Positions 25,960 through 39,659 are shown, counted from the first letter of the stretch. The stretch: 64,000 nucleotides of DNA from Eledone cirrhosa (GCA_964016885.1 OZ024743.1:133982001-134046000); one strand, 5' to 3'. Notes: generated from the letters alone by a model not told the origin. Numbers and translations: made by a program.

Positions 25960-28900
25960 TGGTGTTTGGTGTTTGGTGCTTGGTGCTTGGTGTTTGTTGC
26001 TTGGTACTTGGTGCATGGTGTTTGGTGCTGGGTGCTTGGTGTTTGGTGCTTGGTGTTTGGTGCTTGGTGCTTGGTGTTTGGTGTTTGGTGTTTGATGCTT
26101 GGTGCTTGGTGTTTGGTGCTTGGTGTTTGTACTTGGTGCTTGGTGCTTGGTGTTTTGTGCTTAGTTCTTGGTGTTTGGTGTTTGGTGCTTGGTGCTTGGT
26201 GCTTGGTGTTAGGTGTTTGGCGCTTGGTGCTTGGTGTTTGGTGTTTGGTCCTTGGTGCTTCGTGTTTAGTGCTTGGTGCTTGGTGTTTGTTGTTTGGTGC
26301 TTTCTGCTTGCTGCTTGGTGTTTGGTGCTTGGTCATTGGTGTTTGGTGTTTGGTGTTTGGTGTTTGGTGCTTCGTGCTTGGGGTTTGGTGTTTGGTGCTT
26401 GGTGCTTGGTGCTTGGTCTTTGGTGCTTGGTGCTTGGTGTTTGGTGTTTCGTGTTTGGTGCTTGGTGCTTGGTGTTTGGTGCTTGGTGCTTGGTGCTGGG
26501 TGGTTGGTATTTGGTGCTTGGTGCTTGGTGTTTGGTGCTTGGTGCTTGGTGCTTGGTGTTTGGTGTTTCGTGTTTGGTGCTTGGTGCTTGGTATTTGGTG
26601 CTTGGTGCTTGGAGCTGGGTGGTTGGTATTTGGTGCTTGGTGCTTGGTGTTTGGTGCTTGGTGCTTGGTGCTTGGTGTTTGGTGCTTGGTGCTTGGTGCT
26701 TGGTCTTTGGTGCTTGGTGTTTGGTGTTTGGTGCTTGGTGCTTGGTGCTTGGTGTTTGGTGCTTGGTGATTAGTGTTTGGTGCTTGGTGCTTGGGGTTTG
26801 GTGTTTGGTGCTTGGTGCTTGGTGTTTGGTGCTTGGTACTTGGTGTTTGGTGCTTGGTGTTTGGTGTTTGCTGTTTGGTGTTTGGTGTTTGGTGTTTGCT
26901 GTTTGGTGTCTGCTTTTTGGTGTTTGGTGTTTGCTGTATGGTGTTTGCTGTTTCGTGTTTGGTGTTTGCTGTTTGGTGTTTGGTGTTTGCTGTTAGGTGT
27001 TTGGTCTTTGGTGCTTGGTCTTTGGTGCTTGGTGTTTGGTGTTTGGTGCTTGGTGCTTGGTGTTTGGTGTTTGGTGCTTGGTGCTTGGTGCTTGGTGTTT
27101 GGTGTTTGGTGCTTGGTGTTTGGTGTTTGGTGTTTGGTGCTTGGTGTTTGGTGTTTGGTGCCTGGTGTTTGGTGTTTATTGCTTGTTGCTTGGTGCTTGG
27201 TGCTTGGTGTTTGGTGTTTGGTGCTTGGTGCTTGGTGTTTGGTGCTTGGTGCTTGGTGTTTGTACTTGGTGCTTGGTGCTTGGTGTTTGGTGCTTGGTTC
27301 TTGGTGTTTGGTGCTTGGTGTTTGGTGCTTGGTGCTTGGTGTTTGGTGCTTGGTGCTTGGTGCTTGGTTTTAGGTGTTTGGTGCTTGGTGCTTGGTGTTT
27401 GGTGTTTGGTTCTTGGTGCTTGGTATTTGGTGCTTGGTGCTTGCTGCTTGGTGTTTGGTGCTTGGTGATTGATGCTTGGTGTTTGGTGCTTGGTGCTTGG
27501 TGTTTGGTTTTTGGTGCTAGGTGCTTGGTGCTTGGTGTTTGGTGCTTGGTGTTTGGTGTTTGGTGCTTGGTGCTTGGTGTTTGGTACTTGGTGCTTGGTG
27601 CTTGGTGTTTGGTGCTTGGTGTTTGGTGTTTGGTGCTTGGTGCTTGGTGTTTGGTACTTGGTGCTTGGTGCTTGGTGTTTGGTGCTTGGTGCTTCGTGTT
27701 TGGTGTTTGGTGTTTGGTGCCTGGTGCTTGGTGTTTGGTGCTTGGTGCTTGGTGTTTGTACTTGTTACTTGGTGCTTGGTGTCTGGTGTTTGGTGCTTGG
27801 TGTCTGGTGTTTTGTGCTTGGTGTTTGGTGTTTGGTGCTTGGTGCTTGGTGTTTGGTGTTTGGTGCTTGGTGCTTGGTGTTTGGTGTTTAGTGCTTGGTG
27901 TTTGGTATTTGGTGCTTGGTGCTTGGTGTTTGTTGCTTGGTACTTGGTGCATGGTGTTTGGTGCTGGGTGCTTGGTGTTTGGTGCTTGGTGCTTGGTGTT
28001 TGGTGCTTGGTGCTTGGTGTTTGGTGCTTGGTGTTTGTACTTGGTGCTTGGTGTTTTGTGCTTAGTTCTTGGTGTTTGGTGTTTGGTGCTTGGTGCTTGG
28101 TGCTTGGTGTTAGGTGTTTGGTGCTTGGTGCTTGGTGTTTGGTGTTTGGTCCTTGGTGCTTCGTGTTTAGTGCTTGGTGCTTCGTGTTTGTTGTTTGGTG
28201 CTTTCTGCTTGCTGCTTGGTGTTTGGTGCTTGGTCATTGGTGCTTGGTGTTTGGTGCTTGGTGCTTGGTGTTTGCTGTTTGGTGCTAGATGCTTGGTGCT
28301 TGGTGTTTGGTGTTTGGTGTTTGGTGTTTCGTGCTTCGTGCTTGGGGTTTGGTGTTTGGTGCTTGGTGCTTGGTGCTTGGTCTTTGGTGCTTGGTGCTTG
28401 GTGTTTGGTGTTTCGTGTTTGGTGCTTGGTGCTTGGTGTTTGGCGCTTGGTGCTTGGTGCTGGGTGGTTGGTATTTGGTGCTTGGTGCTTGGTGTTTGGT
28501 GCTTGGTGCTTGGTGCTTGGTGCTTGGTGTTTGGTGCTTGGTGCTTGGTGCTTGGTCTTTGGTGCTTGGTGTTTGGTGTTTGGTGCTTGGTGCTTGGTGC
28601 TTGGTGTTTGGTGCTTGGTGATTAGTGTTTGGTGCTTGGTGCTTGGGGTTTGGTGTTTGGTGCTTGGTGCTTGGTGTTTGGTGCTTGGTACTTGGTGTTT
28701 GGTGCTTGGTGTTTGGTGTTTGCTGTTTGGTGTTTGGTGTTTGGTGTTTGGTGTTTGCTGTTTGGTGTCTGCTTTTTGGTGTTTGGTGTTTGCTGTATGG
28801 TGTTTGCTGTTTCGTGTTTGGTGTTTGCTGTTAGGTGTTTGGTCTTTGGTGCTTGGTGTTTGGTGCTTGGTGTTTGGTGTTTGGTGCTTGGTGCTTGGTG

Positions 28901-31900
28901 TTTGGTGTTTGGTGCTTGGTGCTTGGTGCTTGGTGTTTGGTGTTTGGTGCTTGGTGTTTGGTGTTTGGTGTTTGGTGCTTGGTGTTTGGTGTTTGGTGGC
29001 TGGTGTTTGGTGTTTATTGCTTGTTGCTTGGTGCTTGGTGCTTGGTGTTTGGTGTTTGGTGCTTGGTGCTTGGGGCTTTGTGTTTGGTACTTGGTGCTTG
29101 GTGCTTGGTGCTTGGTGCATGGTGCTTGGTGCTTGGTGTTTGTCGCTTGGTGCTTGGTGCTTGGTGTTTGGTGCTTGGTGTTTGGTGTTTGGTGCTTGGT
29201 GTTTGGTGTTTGGTGTTTGGTGTTTGGTGTTTGGTGTTTGCTGTTTGCTGTTTGGTGTCTGCTTTTTGGTGTTTGGTGTTTTCTGTATGGTGTTTGCTGT
29301 TTCGTGTTTGGTGTTTGCTGTTTGGTGTTTGCGGTTTGCTGTTTGGTGTTTGGTGCTTGGTGCTTGGTGCTTGGTGTTTGGTGTTTGGTGCTTGGTGTTT
29401 GGTGTTTGGTTCTTGGTGCTTGGATTTTGGTGCTTGGTGCCTGGTGCTTGGTGTTTGGTGTTTGATGCTTGGTGCTTGATGCTTGGTGCTTGGTGTTTGG
29501 TGCTTGGTGCTTGGTGTTTGTACTTGTTACTTGGTGCTTGGTGTCTGGTGTTTGGTGCTTGGTGTCTGGTGTTTTGTGCTTGGTGTTTGGTGTTTGGTGC
29601 TTGGTGCTTGGTGTTTGGTGTTTGGTGCTTGGTGCTTGGTGTTTGTTGCTTGGTACTTGGTGCATGGTGTTTGGTGCTGGGTGCTTGGTGTTTGGTGCTT
29701 GGTGTTTGGTGCTTGGTGCTTGGTGTTTGGTGTTTGGTGTTTGATGCTTGGTGCTTGGTGTTTGGTGCTTGGTGTTTGTACTTGGTGCTTGGTGCTTGGT
29801 GTTTTGTGCTTAGTTCTTGGTGTTTGGTGTTTGGTGCTTGGTGCTTGGTGCTTGGTGTTAGGTGTTTGGCGCTTGGTGCTTGGTGTTTGGTGTTTGGTCC
29901 TTGGTGCTTCGTGTTTAGTGCTTGGTGCTTGGTGTTTGTTGTTTGGTGCTTTCTGCTTGCTGCTTGGTGTTTGGTGCTTGGTCATTGGTGTTTGGTGTTT
30001 GGTGTTTGGTGTTTGGTGCTTCGTGCTTGGGGTTTGGTGTTTGGTGCTTGGTGCTTGGTGCTTGGTCTTTGGTGCTTGGTGCTTGGTGTTTGGTGTTTCG
30101 TGTTTGGTGCTTGGTGCTTGGTGTTTGGTGCTTGGTGCTTGGTGCTGGGTGGTTGGTATTTGGTGCTTGGTGCTTGGTGTTTGGTGCTTGGTGCTTGGTG
30201 CTTGGTGTTTGGTGTTTCGTGTTTGGTGCTTGGTGCTTGGTGTTTGGTGCTTGGTGCTTGGTGCTGGGTGGTTGGTATTTGGTGCTTGGTGCTTGGTGTT
30301 TGGTGCTTGGTGCTTGGTGCTTGGTGTTTGGTGCTTGGTGCTTGGTGCTTGGTCTTTGGTGCTTGGTGTTTGGTGTTTGGTGCTTGGTGCTTGGTGCTTG
30401 GTGTTTGGTGCTTGGTGATTAGTGTTTGGTGCTTGGTGCTTGGGGTTTGGTGTTTGGTGCTTGGTGCTTGGTGTTTGGTGCTTGGTACTTGGTGTTTGGT
30501 GCTTGGTGTTTGGTGTTTGCTGTTTGGTGTTTGGTGTTTGGTGTTTGGTGTTTGCTGTTTGGTGTCTGCTTTTTGGTGTTTGGTGTTTGCTGTATGGTGT
30601 TTGCTGTTTCGTGTTTGGTGTTTGCTGTTTGGTGTTTGGTGTTTGCTGTTAGGTGTTTGGTCTTTGGTGCTTGGTGTTTGGTGCTTGGTGTTTGGTGTTT
30701 GGTGCTTGGTGCTTGGTGTTTGGTGTTTGGTGCTTGGTGCTTGGTGCTTGGTGTTTGGTGTTTGGTGCTTGGTGTTTGGTGTTTGGTGTTTGGTGCTTGG
30801 TGTTTGGTGTTTGGTGCCTGGTGTTTGGTGTTTATTGCTTGTTGCTTGGTGCTTGGTGCTTGGTGTTTGGTGTTTGGTGCTTGGTGCTTGGTGTTTGGTG
30901 CTTGGTGCTTGGTGTTTGTACTTGGTGCTTGGTGCTTGGTGTTTGGTGCTTGGTTCTTGGTGTTTGGTGCTTGGTGTTTGGTGCTTGGTGCTTGGTGTTT
31001 GGTGCTTGGTGCTTGGTGCTTGGTGTTAGGTGTCTGTTGCTTGGTGCTTGGTGTTTGGTGTTTGGTTCTTGGTGCTTGGTATTTGGTGCTTGGTGCTTGC
31101 TGCTTGGTGTTTGGTGCTTGGTGATTGATGCTTGGTGTTTGGTGCTTGGTGCTTGGTGTTTGGTTTTTGGTGCTAGGTGCTTGGTGCTTGGTGTTTGGTG
31201 CTTGGTGTTTGGTGTTTGGTGCTTGGTGCTTGGTGTTTGGTACTTGGTGCTTGGTGCTTGGTGTTTGGTGCTTGGTGTTTGGTGTTTGGTGCTTGGTGCT
31301 TGGTTTTTGGTACTTGGTGCTTGGTGCTTGGTGTTTGTTGTTTGGTGCTTTCTGCTTGCTGCTTGGTGTTTGGTGCTTGGTCATTGGTGTTTGGTGTTTG
31401 GTGTTTGGTGTTTGGTGCTTCGTGCTTGGGGTTTGGTGTTTGGTGCTTGGTGCTTGGTGCTTGGTCTTTGGTGCTTGGTGCTTGGTGTTTGGTGTTTCGT
31501 GTTTGGTGCTTGGTGCTTGGTGTTTGGTGCTTGGTGCTTGGTGCTGGGTGGTTGGTATTTGGTGCTTGGTGCTTGGTGTTTGGTGCTTGGTGCTTGGTGC
31601 TTGGTGTTTGGTGTTTCGTGTTTGGTGCTTGGTGCTTGGTGTTTGGTGCTTGGTGCTTGGTGCTGGGTGGTTGGTATTTGGTGCTTGGTGCTTGGTGTTT
31701 GGTGCTTGGTGCTTGGTGCTTGGTGTTTGGTGCTTGGTGCTTGGTGCTTGGTCTTTGGTGCTTGGTGTTTGGTGTTTGGTGCTTGGTGCTTGGTGCTTGG
31801 TGTTTGGTGCTTGGTGATTAGTGTTTGGTGCTTGGTGCTTGGGGTTTGGTGTTTGGTGCTTGGTGCTTGGTGTTTGGTGCTTGGTACTTGGTGTTTGGTG

Positions 31901-34150
31901 CTTGGTGTTTGGTGTTTGCTGTTTGGTGTTTGGTGTTTGGTGTTTGGTGTTTGCTGTTTGGTGTCTGCTTTTTGGTGTTTGGTGTTTGCTGTATGGTGTT
32001 TGCTGTTTCGTGTTTGGTGTTTGCTGTTTGGTGTTTGGTGTTTGCTGTTAGGTGTTTGGTCTTTGGTGCTTGGTGTTTGGTGCTTGGTGTTTGGTGTTTG
32101 GTGCTTGGTGCTTGGTGTTTGGTGTTTGGTGCTTGGTGCTTGGTGCTTGGTGTTTGGTGTTTGGTGCTTGGTGTTTGGTGTTTGGTGTTTGGTGCTTGGT
32201 GTTTGGTGTTTGGTGCCTGGTGTTTGGTGTTTATTGCTTGTTGCTTGGTGCTTGGTGCTTGGTGTTTGGTGTTTGGTGCTTGGTGCTTGGTGTTTGGTGC
32301 TTGGTGCTTGGTGTTTGTACTTGGTGCTTGGTGCTTGGTGTTTGGTGCTTGGTTCTTGGTGTTTGGTGCTTGGTGTTTGGTGCTTGGTGCTTGGTGTTTG
32401 GTGCTTGGTGCTTGGTGCTTGGTGTTAGGTGTCTGTTGCTTGGTGCTTGGTGTTTGGTGTTTGGTTCTTGGTGCTTGGTATTTGGTGCTTGGTGCTTGCT
32501 GCTTGGTGTTTGGTGCTTGGTGATTGATGCTTGGTGTTTGGTGCTTGGTGCTTGGTGTTTGGTTTTTGGTGCTAGGTGCTTGGTGCTTGGTGTTTGGTGC
32601 TTGGTGTTTGGTGTTTGGTGCTTGGTGCTTGGTGTTTGGTACTTGGTGCTTGGTGCTTGGTGTTTGGTGCTTGGTGTTTGGTGTTTGGTGCTTGGTGCTT
32701 GGTTTTTGGTACTTGGTGCTTGGTGCTTGGTGTTTGGTGCTTGGTGCTTCGTGTTTGGTGTTTGGTGTTTGGTGCCTGGTGCTTGGTGTTTGGTGCTTGG
32801 TGCTTGGTGTTTGTACTTGTTACTTGGTGCTTGGTGTCTGGTGTTTGGTGCTTGGTGTCTGGTGTTTTGTGCTTGGTGTTTGGTGTTTGGTGCTTGGTGC
32901 TTGGTGTTTGGTGTTTGGTGCTTGGTGCTTGGTGTTTGGTGTTTAGTGCTTGGTGTTTGGTGTTTGGTGCTTGGTGCTTGGTGTTTGTTGCTTGGTACTT
33001 GGTGCATGGTGTTTGGTGCTGGGTGCATGGTGTTTGGTGCTTGGTGTTTGGTGCTTGGTGCTTGGTGTTTGGTGTTTGGTGTTTGATGCTTGGTGCTTGG
33101 TGTTTGGTGCTTGGTGTTTGTACTTGGTGCTTGGTGTTTTGTGCTTAGTTCTTGGTGTTTGGTGTTTGGTGCTTGGTGCTTGGTGCTTGGTGTTAGGTGT
33201 TTGGTGCTTGGTGCTTGGTGTTTGGTGTTTGGTCCTTGGTGCTTCGTGTTTAGTGCTTGGTGCTTCGTGTTTGTTGTTTGGTGCTTTCTGCTTGCTGCTT
33301 GGTGTTTGGTGCTTGGTCATTGGTGCTTGGTGTTTGGTGCTTGGTGCTTGGTGTTTGCTGTTTGGTGCTAGATGCTTGGTGCTTGGTGTTTGGTGTTTGG
33401 TGTTTGGTGTTTGGTGCTTCGTGCTTGGGGTTTGGTGTTTGGTGCTTGGTGCTTGGTGATTGGTCTTTGGTGCTTGGTGCTTGGTGTTTGGTGTTTCGTG
33501 TTTGGTGCTTGGTGCTTGGTGTTTGGCGCTTGGTGCTTGGTGCTGGGTGGTTGGTATTTGGTGCTTGGTGCTTGGTGTTTGGTGCTTGGTGCTTGGTGCT
33601 TGGTGCTTGGTGTTTGGTGCTTGGTGCTTGGTGCTTGGTCTTTGGTGCTTGGTGTTTGGTGTTTGGTGCTTGGTGCTTGGTGCTTGGTGTTTGGTGCTTG
33701 GTGATTAGTGTTTGGTGCTTGGTGCTTGGGGTTTGGTGTTTGGTGCTTGGTGCTTGGTGTTTGGTGCTTGGTACTTGGTGTTTGGTGCTTGGTGTTTGGT
33801 GTTTGCTGTTTGGTGTTTGGTGTTTGGTGTTTGGTGTTTGCTGTTTGGTGTCTGCTTTTTGGTGTTTGGTGTTTGCTGTATGGTGTTTGCTGTTTCGTGT
33901 TTGGTGTTTGCTGTTAGGTGTTTGGTCTTTGGTGCTTGGTGTTTGGTGCTTGGTGTTTGGTGTTTGGTGCTTGGTGCTTGGTGTTTGGTGTTTGGTGCTT
34001 GGTGCTTGGTGCTTGGTGTTTGGTGTTTGGTGCTTGGTGTTTGGTGTTTGGTGTTTGGTGCTTGGTGTTTGGTGTTTGGTGGCTGGTGTTTGGTGTTTAT
34101 TGCTTGTTGCTTGGTGCTTGGTGCTTGGTGTTTGGTGTTTGGTGCTTGGT
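25960..34150 (+). repeat. Block family marked by TTGGTCATTGG, CTTAGTTC and TTTATTGC; duplicated segments at ~3.65 kb and ~5.06-5.08 kb offsets
   Basis: ORF pairs 26273/29922 (3649), 27469/32524 (5055), 28289/33372 and 28625/33708 (5083). Confidence 0.8.
29925..32725 (+). repeat. 1399-bp tandem duplication (200 units including one 6-bp unit)
   Basis: ORF pairs 30422/31821, 30426/31825, 30653/32052 and 31125/32524 all give offset 1399. The variant TAGGTGTCTGTTGC occurs at ~31027 and ~32426. Confidence 0.9.
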
Positions 34151-37100
34151 GCTTGGTGTTTGGTGCTTGGTGCTTGGTGTTTGTACTTGGTGCTTGGTGC
34201 TTGGTGTTTGGTGCTTGGTTCTTGGTGTTTGGTGCTTGGTGTTTGGTGCTTGGTGCTTGGTGTTTGGTGCTTGGTGCTTGGTGTTTGGTGTTTGGTGCTT
34301 GGTGCTTGGTGCTTGGTGTTAGGTGTTTGGTGCTTGGTGCTTGGTGTTTGGTGTTTGGTTCTTGGTGCTTGGTATTTGGTGCTTGGTGCTTGCTGCTTGG
34401 TGTTTGGTGCTTGGTGATTGATGCTTGGTGTTTGGTGCTTGGTGCTTGGTGTTTGGTGTTTGGTTTTTGGTGCTAGGTGCTTGGTGCTTGGTGTTTGGTG
34501 CTTGGTGTTTGGTGTTTGGTGCTTGGTGCTTGGTGTTTGGTACTTGGTGCTTGGTGCTTGGTGTTTGGTGCTTGGTGCTTGGTGTTTGGTGTTTGGTGTT
34601 TGGTGCTTCGTGCTTGATGTTTGGTGCTTGGTGCTTGGTGCTGGGTGGTTGGTGTTTGGTGCTTGGTGCTTGGTGTTTGGTGCTAGGTGCATGGTGCTTG
34701 GTGTTTGGTGCTTGGTGCTTGGTGCTTGGTCTTTGGTGTTTGGTGTTTAGTGCTTGGTGCTTGGTGCTTGGTGCTTGGTGCTTGGTCCTTGGTGTTTGGT
34801 GCTTGGTGCTTGGTGTTTGGTGTTTGGTGCTTGGTGCTTGGTGCTTTGTGTTTGGTGTTTGGTGCTTGGTGTCTGGAACTTGGTGTTTGGTGTTTGGTGC
34901 TTGGTGTTTGGTGTTTGGTGATTGGTGCTTGGTGTTTGGTGCTTGGTGCTTGGTGTTTGTACTTGGTGCTTGGTGCTTGGTGTTTGGTGCTTGGTTCTTG
35001 GTGTTTGGTGCTTGGTGTTTGGAGCTTGGTGCTTGGTGTTTGGTGCTTGGTGCTTGGTGTTTGTACTTGGTGCTTGTTGCTTGGTGTTTGGTGCTTGGTT
35101 CTTGGTGTTTGGTGCTTGGTGTTTGGAGCTTGGTGCTTGGTGTTTGGTGCTTGGTGCTTGGTGTTTGGTGTTTGGTGCTTGGTGCTAGGTGTTTGGTGCT
35201 TGGTGCTTGGTGTTTGGTGTTTGGTTCTTGGTGCTTGGTATTTGGTGCTTTGTGCTTGCTGCTTGGTGTTTTGTGCTTGGTGATTGATGCTTGGTGTTTG
35301 GTGCTTGGTGCTTGGTGTTTGGTTTTTGGTGCTAGGTGCTTGGTGCTTGGTGTTTGGTGCTTGGTGTTTGGTGTTTGGTGCTTGGTGCTTGGGGCTTGGT
35401 TTTTGGTACTTGGTGCTTGGTGCTTGGTGTTTGGTGCTTGGTGCTTGGTGTTTGGTGTTTGGTGTTTGGTGCTTGGTGCTTGGTGTTTGGTGCTTGGTGC
35501 TTGGTGCTGGGTGGTTGGTGTTTGGTGCTTGGTGCTTGGTGTTTGGTGCTTGGTGCATGGTGCTTGGTGTTTGGTGCTTGGTGCTTGGTGCTTGGTCTTT
35601 GGTGTTTGGTGTTTAGTGCTTGGTGTTTGGTGTTTGGTGCTTGGTGTTTGGTGCTTGGTGCCTGGTGCTTGTTGTTTGGTGCTTGGTGTTTGGTGTTTGG
35701 TGTTTGGTGCTTGGTGTTTGGTGTTTGGTGCTTGGTGCTTGGTGTTTGGTGTTTGATGCTTGGTGCTTGGTGCTTGGTGTTTGGTGTTTGCTGCTTGGTG
35801 TCTGGTGCTTGGTGCTTGGTGCTTGGTGTTTGGTGCTTGGTGATTGGTGCTTGGTCTTTGGTGCTGGGTGCTTGGTGTTTGGTGTTTGATGCTTGGTGTT
35901 TGATGCTTGTTGCTTGGTTCTTGGTGTTTGGTGCTTGGTGTTTTGTGCTTGGTGCTTGGTGTTTGGTGCTTGGTGCTTGGTGTTTGGTGATTGGTGTATG
36001 GTGCTTGGTGCTTGGTGCTTGGTGTTAGGTGTTTGGTGCTTGGTGTTTGGTGTTTGGTGCTTCATGCTTGGTGCTTGGTGTTTGGTGCTTGGTGCTTGGT
36101 GTTTGGTGCTTGGTGCCTGGTACATGGTGTTTGGTGCTTGATGCTTGGTGATTGGTGTTTGGTGTTAGGTGTTTGGTGCTTGGTGCTTGGTGTTTGGTGC
36201 TTGGTGCTTGGTGTTTGGTGTTTGGTGCCTGGTGATTGGTGCTTGGTGTATGGTGCTTGGTGCTTGGTGTTTGGTGCTAGGTGCTTGGTGCTTGGTGCTT
36301 GGTGTTTGGTGCTTGGTGTTTGGTGCTTGGCACTTGGGGCTTGGTGTTTGGTGCTTGGTGCTTGGTGCTTGGTGTTTGGTTCTTGGTGCTTGGTGTTTGG
36401 TGTTTGGTGCTTGGTGTTTGGTGCTTGGTGTTTGGTGCTTGGTGCTTGGTGTTTGGTGCTTGGTGCTTGGTGCTTGGTGTTTGGTGCTTGGTGCTTGGTG
36501 CTTGGTCTTTGGTGCTTGGTGTTTGGTGTTTGGTGCTTGGTGCTTGGTGTTTGGTGCTTGGTGCTTGGTGATTAGTGTTTGGTGCTTGCTGCTTGGGGTT
36601 TGGTGTTTGGTGCTTGGTGCTTGGTGTTTGGTGCTTGGTGCTTGGTGTTTGGTGCTTGGTGTTTGGTTTTTGCTGTTTGGTGTTTGGTGTTTGGTGTTTG
36701 CTGTTTGCTGTTGGCTTTTTGATGTTTGGTGTTTGCTGTATGGTGTTTGCTGTTTCGTGTTTATTGTTTGCTGTTTGGTGTTTGGTGTTTGGTGTTTGCT
36801 GTTTCCTGTTTGGTCTTTAGTCTTTGGTGCTTGGTGTTTGATGCTTGGTGTTTGGTGTTTGGTGCTTGGTGCTTCGTGTTTGGTGTTTGATGCTTGGTGC
36901 TTCGTGTTTGGTGTTTGATGCTTGGTGCTTGATGTTTGGTGCTTGGTGCTTGGTGTTTGTACTTGTTGCTTGGTGCTTGATGTTTGGTGCTTGGTTTTTG
37001 GTGCTTGGTGTTTGGTGTTTGCTGTTTGCTGTTTGGTGCTTGGTGTTTGCTGTTTGGTGTTTGTTGTTTGGTGTTTGCTGTTTGGTGTTTGCTGTTTGGT

Positions 37101-39659
37101 GTTTGGTGCTTGCTGTTTGGTGCTTGGTGTTTGGTGCTTGGTGCTTAGTGTTTGGTGTTTGGTGTTTGGTGCTTGGTGCTTGGGGCTTGGTGTTTGGTGC
37201 TTGGTGCTTGGTGCTTGGTGCTTGGTGTTTGGTGCATGGTGCTTGGTGCTTTGTGTTTGTCGCTTGGTGCTTGGTGCTTGGTGTTTGGTGCTTGGTGTTT
37301 GGTGTTTGGTGCTTGGTGTTTGGTGTTTGGTGTTTGGTGTTTGAATTTTGCTGTTTGGTGTTTGCTGTTTGCTGTTTGGTGTCTGCTTTTTGGTGTTTGG
37401 TGTTTTCTGTATGGTGTTTGCTGTTTCGTGTTTGGTGTTTGCTGTTTGGTGTTTGCTGTTTGCTGTTTGGTGTTTGGTGCTTGGTGCTTGGTGCTTGGTG
37501 TTTGGTGTTTGGTGCTTGGTGTTTGGTGTTTGGTGCTTGATGCTTGGATTTTGGTGCTTGGTGCCTGGTGCTTGGTGTTTGGTGTTTGATGCTTGGTGCT
37601 TGATGCTTGGTGCTTGGTGTTTGGTGCTTGGTGCTTGGTGTTTGTACTTGTTACTTGGTGCTTGGTGTCTGGTGTTTGGTGCTTGGTGTCTGGTGTTTTG
37701 TGCTTGGTGTTTGGTGTTTGGTGCTTGGTGCTTGGTGTTTGGTGTTTGGTGCTTGGTGCTTGGTGTTTGGTGTTTAGTGCTTGGTGTTTGGTGTTTGGTG
37801 CTTGGTGCTTGGTGTTTGTTGCTTGGTACTTGGTGCATGGTGTTTGGTGCTGGGTGCTTGGTGTTTGGTGCTTGGTGTTTGGTGCTTGGTGCTTGGTGTT
37901 TGGTGTTTGGTGTTTGATGCTTGGTGCTTGGTGCTTGGTGTTTGGTGCTTGGTGTTTGTACTTGGTGCTTGGTGCTTGGTGTTTTGTGCTTAGTTCTTGG
38001 TGTTTGGTGTTTGGTGCTTGGTGCTTGGTGCTTGGTGTTAGGTGTTTGGTGCTTGGTGCTTGGTGTTTGGTCTTTGGTGCTTGGTGTTTGGTGCTTGGTG
38101 CTTGGTGTTTGGTGTTTGGTGTTTGGTGTTTGGTGCTTCGTGCTTGGGGTTTGGTGTTTGGTGCTTGGTGCTTGGTGCTTGGTCTTTGGTGCTTGGTGCT
38201 TGGTGTTTGGTGTTTCGTGTTTGGTGCTTGGTGCTTGGTGTTTGGTGCTTGGTGCTTGGTGCTGGGTGGTTGGTATTTGGTGCTTGGTGCTTGGTGTTTG
38301 GTGCTTGGTGCTTGGTGCTTGGTGTTTGGTGCTTGGTGCTTGGTGCTTGGTCTTTGGTGCTTGGTGTTTGGTGTTTGGTGCTTGGTGCTTCGTGTTTGGT
38401 GTTTGATGCTTGGTGCTTGATGTTTGGTGCTTGGTGCTTGGTGTTTGGTGCTTGGTTTTTGGTGCTTGGTGTTTGGTGTTTGCTGTTTGCTGTTTGGTGC
38501 TTGGTGTTTGCTGTTTGGTGTTTGTTGTTTGGTGTTTGCTGTTTGGTGTTTGCTGTTTGGTGTTTGGTGCTTGCTGTTTGGTGCTTGGTGTTTGGTGCTT
38601 GGTGCTTAGTGTTTGGTGTTTGGTGTTTGGTGCTTGGTGCTTGGTGCTTGGTGTTAGGTGTTTGGTGCTTGGTGCTTGGTGTTTGGTCTTTGGTGCTTGG
38701 TGTTTGGTGCTTGGTGCTTGGTGTTTGCTGTTTGGTGCTAGATGCTTGGTGCTTGGTGTTTGGTGTTTGGTGTTTGGTGTTTGGTGCTTCGTGCTTGGGG
38801 TTTGGTGTTTGGTGCTTGGTGCTTGGTGCTTGGTCTTTGGTGCTTGGTGCTTGGTGTTTGGTATTTCGTGTTTGGTGCTTGGTGTTTGGTGCTTGGTGCT
38901 TGGTGCTGGGTGGTTGGTATTTGGTGCTTGGTGCTTGGTGTTTGGTGCTTGGTGCTTGGTGCTTGGTGTTTGGTGCTTGGTGCTTGGTGTTTGTTGTTTG
39001 GTGCTTTCTGCTTGCTGCTTGGTGTTTGGTGCTTGGTCATTGGTGCTTGGTGTTTGGTGCTTGGTGCTTGGTGTTTGCTGTTTGGTGCTAGATGCTTGGT
39101 GCTTGGTGTTTGGTGTTTGGTGTTTGGTGTTTGGTGCTTCGTGCTTGGGGTTTGGTGTTTGGTGCTTGGTGCTTGGTGCTTGGTCTTTGGTGCTTGGTGC
39201 TTGGTGTTTGGTGTTTCGTGTTTGGTGCTTGGTGCTTGGTGTTTGGTGCTTGGTGCTTGGTGCTGGGTGGTTGGTATTTGGTGCTTGGTGCTTGGTGTTT
39301 GGTGCTTGGTGCTTGGTGCTTGGTGTTTGGTGCTTGGTGCTTGGTGCTTGGTCTTTGGTGCTTGGTGTTTGGTGTTTGGTGCTTGGTGCTTGGTGCTTGG
39401 TGTTTGGTGCTTGGTGATTAGTGTTTGGTGCTTGGTGCTTGGGGTTTGGTGTTTGGTGCTTGGTGCTTGGTGTTTGGTGCTTGGTACTTGGTGTTTGGTG
39501 CTTGGTGTTTGGTGTTTGGTGTTTGGTGTTTGCTGTTTGGTGTTTGCTGTTTGGTGTCTGCTTTTTGGTGTTTGGTGTTTGTTGTATGGTGTTTGCTGTT
39601 TCGTGTTTGGTGTTTGCTGTTTGGTGTTTGGTGTTTGCTGTTAGGTGTTTGGTCTTTGG

